Origin: the human T2T-CHM13v2.0 reference genome, Homo sapiens
DNA length: 64,000 nucleotides
Strand: one strand, 5' to 3'
Assembly (NCBI RefSeq): GCF_009914755.1
Contig: NC_060929.1
A program made the position numbers and the translations under genes. Of this stretch, positions 42,001 through 58,195 are shown piece by piece. The notes under the pieces are model-generated. The model ran no database searches and was not told where the DNA came from. It saw nothing but the letters and a program-made list of their open reading frames with translations. Numbering within the stretch: position 1 is the stretch's first letter; each line of letters opens with the position of its first letter.

Positions 42001-42371
42001 AAACTGTTCTTATCCTAAGTAAAAAGAATAAATGATGAACCAATAAAAAATAACACCTACTACAAATTTTCATGACGTAGTACAGTAAGATGAAAATGGA
42101 AATAAATAAAAGTTAAAAAGCAGAGGATGAAGTTAGGGTGTAGAATTTTATTTTTATTTTTATTTTATTGTACTTTAAGTTTTAGGGTACATGTGCACAA
42201 TGTGCAGGTTAGTTACATATGTATACATGTGCCATGCTGGTGTGCTGCACCCATTAACTCGTCATTTAGCATTAGATTTATCTCCTAAAGCTATCCCTCC
42301 CCCCGGCCCCCACCCCACAACAGTCCCCAGAGTGTGATGTTCCCTTTCCTGTGTCCATGTGTTCTCATTGT

Positions 42372-46185
<3,814 letters not shown>

Positions 46186-46248
46186 TATGATATTAGCTGG
46201 TTATTTTGCTCGTTAGTTGATGCAGTTTCTTCCTAGCCTCGATGGTCT

Positions 46249-47259
46249 TTACAATTTGGCATGATTTTGCAGTGGCTGGTACCGGTTGTTCCTTTCCATG
46301 TTTAGTGCTTCCTTCAGGAGCTCTTTTAGGGCAGGCCTGGTGGTGACAGAATCTCTCAGCATTTGCTTGTCTGTAAAGTATTTTATTTCTCCTTCACTTA
46401 TGAAGCTTAGTTTGGCTGGATATGAAATTCTGGGTTGAAAATTCTTTTCTTTAAGAATGTTGAATATTGGCCCCCACTCTCTTATGGCTTGTAGAGTTTC
46501 TGCCAAGAGATCCGCTGTTAGTATGATGGGCTTCCCTTTGTGGGTAACCCAACCTTTCTCTCTGGCTGCCCTTAACATTTTTTCCTTCATTTCAACTTTG
46601 GTGAATCTGACAATTATGTTTCTTGGAGTTGCTCTTCTCGAGGATTATCTTTGTGGCGTTCTCTGTATTTCCTGAATCTGAATGTTGGCCTGCCTTGCTA
46701 GATTGTGGATGTTCTCCTGGATAATATCCTGCAGAGTGTTTTCCAGGTTGGTTCCATTCTCCCTGTCACTTTCAGGTACACCAATCAGACGTAGATTTGG
46801 TCTTTTCACATAGTCCCATATTTCTTGGAGGCTTTGTTCATTTCTTTTTATTGTTTTTTCTCTAAGCTTCCCTTCTCGCTTCATTTCATTCATTTCATCT
46901 TCCATCGCTGATACCCTTTCTTCCAGTTGGTCACATCGGCTCCTGAGTCTTCTGCATTCTTCACGTAGTTCTCGAGCCTTGGCTTTCAGATCCATCAGCT
47001 CCTTTAAGCACTTCTCTGTATTGGTTATTCTAGTTATACATTCTTCTAAATTTTTTTCAAAGTTTTCAACTTCTTTGCCTTTGGTTTGAATTTCCTCCTG
47101 TAGCTCAGAGTAGTTTGATTGTCTGAAGCCTTCTTCTCTCAACTCGTCATTCTCCATCCAGCTTTGTTCTGTTGCTGGTGAGGAACTGCATTCCTTTGGA
47201 GGAGGAGAGGTGCTCTGCTTTTTAGAGTTTCCAGTGTTTCTGCTTTGTTTTTTCACCAT
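46249..47259 (-). pseudogene. L1 ORF1p with one nonsense codon (TAA at 46645-46647) and a 2-codon deletion
   Basis: MVKKQSRNTG...QEIQRTPQR*, continuing in frame to ...YQPLQNHAKL; 'ENDELREE' here versus the usual 'ENDFDELREE'. Confidence 0.93.
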
Positions 47260-47833
47260 CTTTGTGGTTTTATCTACTTTTGGTCTTTGATGATGGTGAT
47301 GTACAGATGGGTTTTTGGTGTGGATTTCCTTTCTGTTTGTTAGTTTTCCGTCTAACAGACAGGACCCTCAGATGCAGGTTTGTTGGAGTTTGCTAGAGGT
47401 CAACTCCAGACCCTGTTTGCCTGGGTACCAGCAGCGGTGGCTGCAGAACAGCGGATTTTTGTGAACCGCAAATGCTGCTGTCTGATCATTCCTCTGGAAG
47501 TTTTGTCTCAGAGGAGTACCCGGCCGTGTGAGACGTCAGTCGGCGGGGTGCCTCGCAGATAGGCTGCTCGGGGGTCAGGGGTCAGGGACCAACTTGAGGA
47601 GGCAGTCTGCCCCTTCTCAGATCTCCAGCTGCATGCTGGGAGAACCACTGCTCTCTTCAAAGCTGTCAGACAGGGACATTTAAGTCTGCAGAGGTTACTG
47701 CTGTCTTTTTGTTTGTCTGTGTCCTGCCCCCAGAGGTGGAGCCTACAGAGGCAGGCAGGCCTCCTTGAGCTGCAGTGGGCTCCACCCAGTTCGAGCTTCC
47801 CGCCTGCTTTGTTTCCCTATGCAAGCCTGGGCA

Positions 47834-48016
47834 ATGGCAGGTGCCCCTACCCTAGCCTTGCTACTGCCTTGCAGTTTGATCTCAGACTGCTGTGCTAGCA
47901 ATCAGCGAGACTCCGTGGGCATAGGATCCTCCGAGCCAGGTGCGGGATATAATCTCTTGGTGCACCGTTTTTTAAGCCCGTCGGAAAAGCACAGTTTTCT
48001 GGTGGGAGTGACCTAA
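47834..48016 (+). CDS. L1 ORF0 (antisense ORF of the 5' UTR), truncated to 60 aa
   Basis: MAGAPTLALLLPCSLISDCCASNQRDSVGIGSSEPGAGYNLLV...VGVT* matches primate L1 ORF0; expression unknown. Confidence 0.7.
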   Translation: MAGAPTLALLLPCSLISDCCASNQRDSVGIGSSEPGAGYNLLVHRFLSPSEKHSFLVGVT

Positions 48017-48264
48017 TTTTCCAGGTGCCATCTGTCACCCCTTTCTTTGACTAGGGGAGGGAACTCCCTGACCCCTTGCACTTCCCGAGTGAGGCAATGC
48101 CTCGCCCTGCTTCGGCTTGTGCATGGTGCGCTGCACCCACTGTCCTGCGCCCACTTTCTGGCAGTCCCTAGTGAGATGAACCCGGTACCCCAGATGGAAA
48201 TGCATAAGTCACCCGTCTTCTGCATCGCTCACGCTGGGAGATGTAGACCGGACCTATTCCTATT

Positions 48265-48275
48265 CGGCCATCTTG
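48265..48275 (-). promoter_or_regulatory. YY1 site of the L1 internal promoter
   Basis: CAAGATGGCCG is intact near the L1PA3 5' end. Confidence 0.85.
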
Positions 48276-49060
48276 GCTCCACCGGCAGGGTGTAGTATTT
48301 TTATTACTTTTCTTTTTGCTTGTCTCTTTATGAAAACATTATTAAGCTGTTATCAGTTTAAAATCATGGGTTATAATATAGTATTTGCAAGCCTCATGGT
48401 AACCTCAAACCAAAAAACATGCAATGAATATATAAAAAATGAAAAGCAAGAAACTAAATCCTATCACCAGAGAAAAACAGCTTCACTAAATGAAGACAGG
48501 AAAGAAAGAAAAGGAAGAGAAGACCACAAAACAACCAGAAAGTAAGAAAATGGTAGGAGTAAATCCTTACTTAACAATAATAACATTTATTGTAAATGGA
48601 CTAAACTCTCCAATCTAAAGACATAGTGTGGCAGAATGTACACAAAAAGAAAAACAAGACCCACTGATCTGTTGCCTACAAGAAATACACTTCATCTCTA
48701 AAGACACACAAAGACTGAAAATAAAGGGATGAGAAAAGATATTTCATGCCAACAGAAAGTAAAAAAGATTAAGAGTTGTTATAGTTATACCGGAGAAAAT
48801 AGATTTCAATTAAAAAATTTTAGAAGACACCAAGAAGGTCATTATATGATGACAAAGGTGTCAATTCAGCAAGAGAACATAACAATTATAAATATACATG
48901 CATCCAACACTGGAGAACCTAGATATATAAAGCAAATGTTATTAGAGCTAAAGAGAGAGAGAGAGAGCCCACTATACAATAAATAATAGCTGGAGACTTC
49001 AACACTCCACTTTCAGCATTGGAAACATCTTCCAGACAGAAAATCAACAAAGAAATATTG

Positions 49061-49176
49061 TACTTTTTAATGATCGCCATTCTAACTGGTGTGAGATGGT
49101 ATCTCATTGTGGTTTTGATTTGCATTTCTCTGATGTACCCTAGAACTTAAAGTATAATAAAAAAAAAGTTAAAAAA
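49061..49176 (+). mobile_element. Tiny 5'-inverted L1PA (about PA4/5) insertion
   Basis: An antisense ORF2 piece followed by sense TGTACCCTAGAACTTAAAGTATAAT+A tail. TSD AAAGAAATATTG(T/C)ACTT at 49049-49065 and 49177-49193. Confidence 0.9.
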
Positions 49177-50255
49177 AAAGAAATATTGCACTTAATCTGT
49201 ACAGTAATCCAAATGGATCTGTTAGACATTTACAGAGCATTTCATCTAATGGCTGCAGAGTACACATTCTTTTCCTCAACATATGGATAATTCTCAAGGG
49301 CAGACCATATGCGAGGTCACAATATAAGTCTTAAAACATTCAAAAAATTGAAATAATATCAATCACTTTCTCTGACCATAGTAAAATAAAACTGGAAATA
49401 AATAACAAGAGGAATTTTGGAAACTATACAAATACTTGGAAATTAAACAATATGCTCCTGAATGACCGGTGGGTCAATGAAGAAATTAAGAAGGAAATTT
49501 TAAAATTTCTTGAAATAAATGATAATGGAAATGCAGCATACCAAAACCTATGGTATACAGTAAAAGCAGTATTCAGGGGGAGGTTTATAGCTGTTAGTAA
49601 CTACACGAAAAAAGAGGAAAATTTTTAAATAAAAAATCTAACAGTGTGTCTTAAAGAATTAGAAAAGCAAGAGCAAACCAAACCCAAAATTAGTAGAAGA
49701 AAACAAAGATCAAAGCAGAAATAAATGAAATTGAAAAAAAATATACAAAAGATCAATGCAACAAAAAAAGTTTTTTTAATAGTTAAACAAAATTGACAAA
49801 CCTTTAGCCAGGCTGAAAAGAAAATAAAGAAGATACCAACAAGTAAAATGAGAATTGAAAGGGAGACATTACAACTGATAATATAGAAGTTCAAAGGATC
49901 ATTAGTGTCTATTATGAGCAACTATATGCCAATAAATTGGAAAAGTCTAGAAAAAATCGACCAATTTCTAGACACATACAACCTACAAAGATTGAACCAA
50001 GAAGAAATCCAAAGCCTGAAAAGACCAATAAAAAGTAACCAGATGGAAGCTGTAATAGAAAATCTCCCACTAAAGAAAAGCCCAGGACCCAATGGTTTCC
50101 CTGCTGAATTCTACCAAACATTTAAAGCAGAACTACTACCAATCCACTCGAAGTATTCCATAAAATAGAGGAGGAAGAAATACTTCCAAACTCATTCCTC
50201 CAGGCCAGTATTAACCTGACACCAAAACCAGACAAAGGCACATCAAAAAAGAGAA

Positions 50256-50510
50256 TTTTTTTTTCTTTTCTTTGTTTTTATTATACTTTAAGTTCTGGGG
50301 TACATGTGTACAACTCGCAGGTTTGTTACATGTGTATGCATGTGCCATGTTATTGTGCTGCACCCATTAACTCATCATTTACATTAGGTATATATCCTAA
50401 TGCTATCCTTCCCCACTCCTCCCACCCCACGACAGGCCCTGGTGTGTCATGTTCTCCTTCCTGCATCCAAGTGTTCTCATTGTTCAATTCCAAAAAAAAA
50501 AAAAAAAAAA
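50256..50510. mobile_element. L1PA (about PA5) 3' UTR fragment, antisense, bounded by poly(T) on the left and poly(A) on the right
   Basis: T-rich 50256-50280, antisense 3' UTR to 50491, A23 at 50492-50514. TSD AAAA(A/T)AGAGAA at 50245-50255 and 50511-50521. Confidence 0.9.
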
Positions 50511-53500
50511 AAAATAGAGAAAATTACAGGCCAATATCTCAGATGAATATTAATGCAAATATCCTCAACAAAATATTAGCAAACTGAACTCAGTAATACT
50601 TTAGACAGATCATCCATTATGACCAAGAGAGATTTATCCCTGAGATGCAAGGATGGTTCAACATATGCAAGTCAATCAGTGTAATACATAATAGCAACAG
50701 GATGCAGGATAAAAACCATATGATCATTTCCATTGATGCTGAAAAAGCACTTGATAAAATTTAACATCCCTTCATGATAAAAACCCTAAAAAAACTGGGT
50801 ATGAGATAACATATCTTGACATAATAAAAGCCAGGTATGGCAGACACATAACTAGTGTCATAATCAATTGGGAAAAAAAACTGAAGGTCTTTAATATCTG
50901 GAACAAGACAAGGATGCTCACTTTCACCACTGTTAATTGAATATAGTACTGGAAGTCCTAGCTAGAGTAATCACACAAGAGAAAAATGTAAATAACATTC
51001 AAATTGGAAAGGAGGAAGTCAAATTATCCTCATTTGCAGATGATATAATCTTATACTTAGAAAATCTAAAGATTCCACAAAAGAACTATTAGGCCTGATT
51101 AACAAATTCAGTAAAATTGCAGGATACAAAAGCAACATACAAAAATCAGTAGTGTTTCTATATGTCAACATTGAACAATGTGAAAAAGAAATTGAGAAAG
51201 TAATTCCATTTACAATAGCCACACATAAAATTAAATACCTGGGAATTAACCAAAGAAGTGAATAATCTCTATAATGAAAACTATAAAATGCTTATGAAGG
51301 AAATTGAAGAAGATGCCAAAAAATAATTTAAAAAACATTCCATGTTCATGAATTGAAAGAATATTGTCAAAATGTCCATACTACTCAAAGCAACCTACAG
51401 ATTAAATGCAATCCCTATCAAATACCAATGATGTTGTTCAAATAAATAGTAAAAAAAATCCTAACGTTTATATGGAACTACAAAACGCCCAGAATAGCCA
51501 AAGCTACTTTAAGCAAAAAGAACAAAACTGGATAAATTATATTACCTGACTTCAAATAATACTGCGGAGCTATAGTAACCAAAACAGCGTGGTACTGGCA
51601 TAAGACCAGACACGTAGACCAATGGAACAGAGTAGGGAATCCAGAAACAAATCCACACACCTACAGTGAACTCATTTTTTGACAAAGGTGCCAAAAACAT
51701 ACACTAGGGAAAAAGTCTTTTCAATAAATGATGCTGGGAAAACTGGACATCCATATGCAAAAGAATGAAACTAGACACTAGACCCCTATCTCTAGCCATA
51801 TATAAAAATCAAATCAAAGACTTAAATCTAAAACTTCAAACCATGAAACCACTGCAAGAAAACATTGGCAAAACTCTCCAGTACATTGGTCTGGGCAAAG
51901 ATTTCTTGAGCAATACCCCACAAGCACAGGCAAGCAAAACAAAAATGGACAAATGAGATCACATCAAGTTAAAAAGCTTTTGGATGGCAAATGATAATTT
52001 AACAAAGTAAACAGACAACCTACAGAATGGGAGAAAATACTTGCAAATTCTCCATCTTACATAAGATTAATAACCAGAATACATAGAGTTCAAACAACTC
52101 TATAGGCAAAAAATCTAATAATCCATTTAAAAATGGACAAAACAGTTGAATAGATATGTCTCAAAAGAAGTCACACAAAAGTCAAATGGGCATATGAAAA
52201 GGTGCTCAACATCACTGATCAGAGAAATGCAAATCAAAACTACAATAAGATATTATTTGCACCCCAGTTAAAATAGCTTATATCCAAAAAACAGGCAATA
52301 ACAAATGTTGGCGAGGATGGGGAGAAAAGGGAACCCTTGTGCACTCTTTGTGGAAAAGTAAATTAGTACAATCACTATGGAGAATAGTTTGGAAGTGCCT
52401 CAAATAACTAAAAATTGAGCTACCATATGATGCAGCAATCCCACTGTTGGGTATATACTCAAAAGAAAAAAAATCAATGTATCAAAGAGATACTTGCACT
52501 CCTATGTTTCTTTGAGCACTGTTTATAATAGCTAGTATTTGGAAGCAACCTAAGTGTCCATCAATGGGAGAATAGATAAAGAAAATTTGGCACATATACA
52601 TAGTCAAGTGCTGTTCAGCCATAAAAAAGAATAAGATCCAGTCATGTACAACAACATAGATGGAATTGGATATCATTATCTTAGGCGAAATAAGCCAGGT
52701 ACAGAAAGACAAAAATTGCATGTTCTCATTTATCTGTGAGTCTAAAAAAATAAAAAAAAAATTGAACTCATGGAAATAGAGAGTGAAGAAGAATGGTTAT
52801 CAGAGGCTGGGAAGGGTAGTGGGGATGGGAGGTGAGGGATGGTTAACGGCTACAAAAAATCATTTGAAAGAATGAATAAGACTTACTATTTGATAGCACA
52901 ACAGAGTGACTATTGTCAATGATAATTGTACATTGTAAAATAACTTTTAAAAGATATAATTGGATTGTTTGTAACACAAAGGATAAATGCTTGAGGGAAT
53001 AGTTACCCCATTCTCCATGATGTACTTATTTCACATTGCATGCCTGTATCAAAACATCTCATATACCCCATAAATATATACACCTACTATGTACCCACAA
53101 AAATTAACAATATAAAAAAAAATTGAACAGAAAACAAAACACAAAACTAAGCAGACCCCAAGATATCATGAGGTCAAACTGTGTAGATGGGGAAATTAAT
53201 GTTATCCTTAATAAAGGAGAAACAAATCTTTGGACATTGGGCTCTGAGTCAGTTTAGGCAGAAGGAGGGGAAAGGGAGAGTGCTGTGAGTCCAACAATGA
53301 TGCTCTTTTCTACTTGATCATACCAAATACTTTAAGTAGACCCATACCTCGGTGAAGTCAGTTTTTAGCTTTTTACATCAATTTCCACATTCACCAGGAG
53401 CAATATAATAGATTTACTCATAGCAAGCAGCTAAACTCGTATTATTTTAAACCTTTCATTGACACAAAGTAAAAGACAAAAAGATATTTTGCTAATTCTT

Positions 53501-56094
53501 GTTGAAGAGAATTAAATGTCCAAATGAAGTCTTAATATTATCCAAAGTGAATTCTTAAGAAAAGTGAACCCTGAAATCTTTTATTTTCCTGAGTTGTCAA
53601 ACTTTATTTTTTACAGGTTAAACATTCAAAAAGTAGAATCTCTAATCAGTATTTCATTAAAAAGTAAATATTAATACCGTTAAATGGATGCATAGACACA
53701 TGCCTACATATTCACCATATAACCTTACTTTTTTCAATTCAGTGAAAATCATTGTAACTCTCTTTGTAACTCTGTGATCCTGCACCAGCCATGTGAATAA
53801 GTTTGAAAATCACTAATTTCAGAGAATATTCTAGCTTTCCTTATTATATAAAGAATAGCTGGTTATTACAAAAGCTGTTAAGTTTAGGCTGTAGAACTTC
53901 TATATACGAAAGATTTCAGAATAAGGATCTGGCTAAATTTTAGGTGGAGGGATGTGGTGGGGCAACTAGAGAACATACCTAGAGATTTTATTTGCATGAT
54001 AAGCCCATTGATCTCTCTTCCAGAAGATTTGGGTGTTTGGAAATGGGAGGGAGGTAGTGATACTCTAAAATCTCCTGAAGTAATGTCTTGGGTCTGTCAT
54101 AATTTAAATCAAACTAACTTACTCTCTACATCCTTTACTTGATATCTTGTTGGAATCCATTATTTTTCCTGAATCTAGAAATAAATATGACCACATCATT
54201 TTAATGTAATTTTTCAGATAATTACACTTTGGGGTGGGCTTAAATCACTGAGGGAAAGAACACTGAATTCTACAGTATTTGACTTTCATAAAAAGCTTCA
54301 TTTCAAAAATTAATTATTTCCAGTTTAAAAATTATTACATTTCTCATTACATGTGCTTACTTTGCATTCTAAAAATATTGGTTTGGAGTATCTGAGTAAA
54401 GGTTGAAACAATTTTTACAAGCTTAAAATGAATCTCTTTTTTATGCTTGTTTAATTCAAAAGCAGCAGATAGATTTTTTAAGATTAAAAAGAAAATTTTA
54501 TATTAAGATGAAAAAGAAGTTTTATCTCCTACAAACATTACAGTCATCTTTAAGCCATGTGAAAAGAAGTATTAGATAAAATGGCTGTTTGACTTCTAAT
54601 TTTAGCATTATTTCTGTTATCTAATTTCATAAAAATATAACTAAAGGATCCTTTCCTTTGAAGAATAGACAATACCTGATCAGTACCCTCACATTTTATT
54701 ATGTTGATTGTTCAATGTGGCCTCAGTTCCAAATACCATTTTCTAAAATTACAAGTATCAATGTGTGGAGGTGGAAAATGGAAAAGAAAACTGGGTATCA
54801 GCCTACAAGGATTTTGGTCTTAATGTAGGCTTATGTATGTTGATTAATTATAGAAGTAGAATGGAGGGAGATGGAAGTCATGTGAAAACTTTCCTAATTT
54901 AACTTTTGACTAAGTAGAATTGCTCACCACAATTTTTTCAGCTTGTGGGAGGTGAATTTTAAATCATGGAATAGGTTTCCTCATCACAAGCTGAGAGAGA
55001 CATAGTAGATCAAATGTTGAGAGCTTATGTTTTAAAAATAAAGGGAAAAAAGAGACATTGTTGGGAGATTGTTTTTAATCAATTTTAAAATTTCTTTTAG
55101 AATCAGATTAAAATTTCTGCAGAATCTGTACCACTTTTTCATGGGTTAACTAGTTCTCATCAAATGACTTTAAATTATATTCTTTATCTGTAATCTCTAT
55201 CTGAATAGTTGTTGGCTCAAAGTACATCAGTTTTACTTTAACTTGCACTTTTCAAAATTCTATCAGATTTTTCAAAAATGATCTCGTGACACTGTTCCTT
55301 CAAATGCTGTCGTCTTATCTATAACTCAAAATGGAAATTTGCATTACAACACTGATTGGTCAATCTGTCTGTCTATTAACCATCTAATTTATCCAATCTA
55401 GAGAGACTGTGTTTGTGTACACATTGTGTTTTATCCACTGTGGCTTCTCTGCCATGCAAACCCCAAAAAATAATTTTCAGGGATTTTTTTTAACAAATTA
55501 ATTAAACCTTGATTTCTATCTTCCCCTTTTTTGCCTTATATGTTTTCATTTTCTTCTCTAAACAGACTGATAATTCTTTCTCTGTGGCTTGAGAGGGAGC
55601 TTTCTCTGGGAAGACAGACCTTGCCTTCTCTATGACACTTTTCTGACATCTAGGAAAATGTTTATTTATCATTCAAACAGTCAATATACTCTCATTTTTA
55701 TGCATTTGTTTTTGCAATTATTACCTCTAGATTTTCATTTTGAAACACTGAAAAGTTACCTGACTACATTCTACTCATAAATAAATGATACGTGTATTAA
55801 CGTTATTTTGAGGCATTAGTAATGCATATTATTTACTGAGAGCCAAGAGATGTGTTGTTTTCTGATGGTAACTAATTAAGCTAATTGTAAAGTTTTATTT
55901 CTTCCTTAGGAATTAAGGACTAGCATTGGCCTTACTTTCAGTATTAAGCAAGAGAATATTTGAGGAACATATGCCCAGTTCTGCAGGGAACACAAAAACA
56001 TTTCAGAAATTTGTCTTTGCTTTTCAATGAGCTTATGTTGCAAAGACATATTATGAAAAGGTGTATCATAGAGATAAGAGTACAGGACTCAGAG

Positions 56095-56282
56095 CTGTGG
56101 TGTGTTTGTAAATGTTTAAAAACTGCCTCTCAGTGGTAGTGTTCATTGATTTCTGTGGTGTGAATACTCCTACCATGGCTGACTTGAAGCTTCTGATGGT
56201 TTAATAACTGGTTGCCAAAAGTCCTGAAAATTTAAAAGTTAGCTTCTTGAGCAGGTAGAAGACAGCTCTGATTATTGCCTTG
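56095..56282 (-). mobile_element. MER63A-like hAT DNA transposon
   Basis: 'GTGGTGTGTTTGTAAATGTTTAA', 'GGTGTGAATACTCCTACCATGGCTGA' and 'TTTAATAACTGG..CAAAAGTCCTGAAAATTTAA'. Confidence 0.75.
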
Positions 56283-57387
56283 AGGTGGAGTCTGCTCTAT
56301 GCTTAGCTACTGTGTTACCTGTGAACTAATTACTAATTATCTTGGAAAACTTAACCTATCAAATGTTACTCTATTTTAGTATTAGTAATGAATAATACAG
56401 TGATCTTAGAACACTTACCTCTGATTACCACATCTGTTTCTCACTTAGATGCTATTTGGTGTTGGGAAGTCTTAAGTCTTCCATCCACAAAGATTGATGC
56501 CTTCTATTGATTCTGGAAGGGCTGTAGCCATTATCCTTTCTTTTGCCCTTTTTTTGTTTTTTTTTCCCTCACCTTCTGGGTCTCCAAACAGATTGTCATC
56601 AGTCTTTTTCACTTTTTGCCCCATGATTTTTAGCTCATTTTCTTATTTATTGTACTCATAGTACTTACACCATCTAACAAACCACATCAAATATTTTATT
56701 ATGTGTTATTGTGTCCATATGTGAGCTATGTGAGAAAGGGGATTTTTCTGATTATTCACTGCATCTAGAAGAGCACCTCCCAGCAAGTGGATGTTAAATC
56801 AATAGTTTTTAAATAAATTAAGTGAGATAATAGGTTGCATTATATAAATCTAGACCTCCAGTACCTATCAAGATGCACTGAATTTTTTATATTTGCTCTG
56901 ATATTTTTACTTCCTCAAAAATGCAAGTAAACTCTGAGAGAATACCTATTCCCTAAAGTTCACCTTTTGCCCCCAAAAGTTTCCACATTTGTTTGGTATG
57001 GTCTACACTGATTAAACAAATACCAGCTCTTCCTATTATGTCTAGGTGCTTTTAATTCATGCCTCATATTGCTCTATCTGTACACAGAATCTGACTTAAA
57101 GATCAACTTTTGTGCTAGCTTTTCTTAGTGTTTCAAGCCCAACTGCCTCGTTTCAGCTTCATTCTGTTTTTCATTGTTCAGTGGTTTTTTAGTGTTACTG
57201 AATTACTGCACTAATTCGTAATGTGAGTATACGTAATTCCTTTAACTTAGACTATAGATCCTTCAAATGTTCAAAGCATGTACTTCTCCTTGTCTCGCTG
57301 ATCTTAGATAAGCCACGTTAAGGCAGTAGAAAGACAGTATAACAGCTTCTTGGGAAGCCAAAAGAGAGAAGGAGGCATCAGCATTGC

Positions 57388-57602
57388 TAGTGGTTGATGG
57401 TTGGGAGCATGGGCCCCAAAGCCAAGATACCTAGGTTTAAATCCAGTCTCAGCTACCTACTAGCTTTGTGAACTAGAAAAGTTCCTTGACTTCTCTTTGC
57501 CTAAATTTTCTTTTATAGATAATGAAAATGACAACAGCCATTACTTCGTAGGTGTGGTATCAAGAAAATTTAGAAGCTCAATAAATGTTGGCTATTATTA
57601 TT
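57388..57602 (+). mobile_element. MIR
   Basis: 'CCTAGGTTTAAATCC..CTACCTACTAGCTTTGTGA..ACTTCTCTTTGCCT' and the end 'GCTCAATAAATGTTGGCTATTATTATT'. Confidence 0.8.
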
Positions 57603-57787
57603 GCTATTATTATCTTTTATATTGCCTATGAAAAGCTCCCACCTACTCATTCTAGAGGTCCTTGGAAACCTACAAAATGTATGCCAAAGGCTTTACATGT
57701 CACCAGTTTCTCTACCTTCTACCTTTCATTTCAGACCTTGTCTCTATGATCTGGTTTCGCTGGTTCACAGCTGCCTGTCTCCTACCT

Positions 57788-58195
57788 GATGATGGTTAAT
57801 TTTACGTGTCAGCTTGGCAAGACTTTGGTGTCCACTTGTGTGATCTAACACTACTTTAGATGTTGCTTTGAAGGTAGTTTGTGGATGTGATTAACATTTA
57901 TAATCAGTTGACTTTAAGTAGATTACCATGGATAACATGGATGGGCTTCATTCAATCAGTTGAGGGCCTTAATGGCAAAAACTGAGGTTCCTCAGAGGAA
58001 AAGGAATTCTTTCTCAAGACTAGAATACATAAATCCTGCCTGAGGTTCCAGCTTGCCAGCCTGTACTCCAGATTTCAGACTTGCTAATTCTTTCAGTAGC
58101 TTCAGCCAATTCCTTAAACTCGAACAACGTTTCTCTCTTTCTCCCTCTTTAAATATTCTATTAGCTCTGTTTCTCTGGAAATTCTGACTGATACT
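57788..58195 (+). mobile_element. MLT2 (C/D-like) LTR
   Basis: 'TGATGGTTAATTTTACGTGTCAGCTTG..GATGTGATTAACATTTATAATCAGTTGACTTTAAGTA..CTGTTTCTCTGGA..CTGACTGATAC'. Confidence 0.85.
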
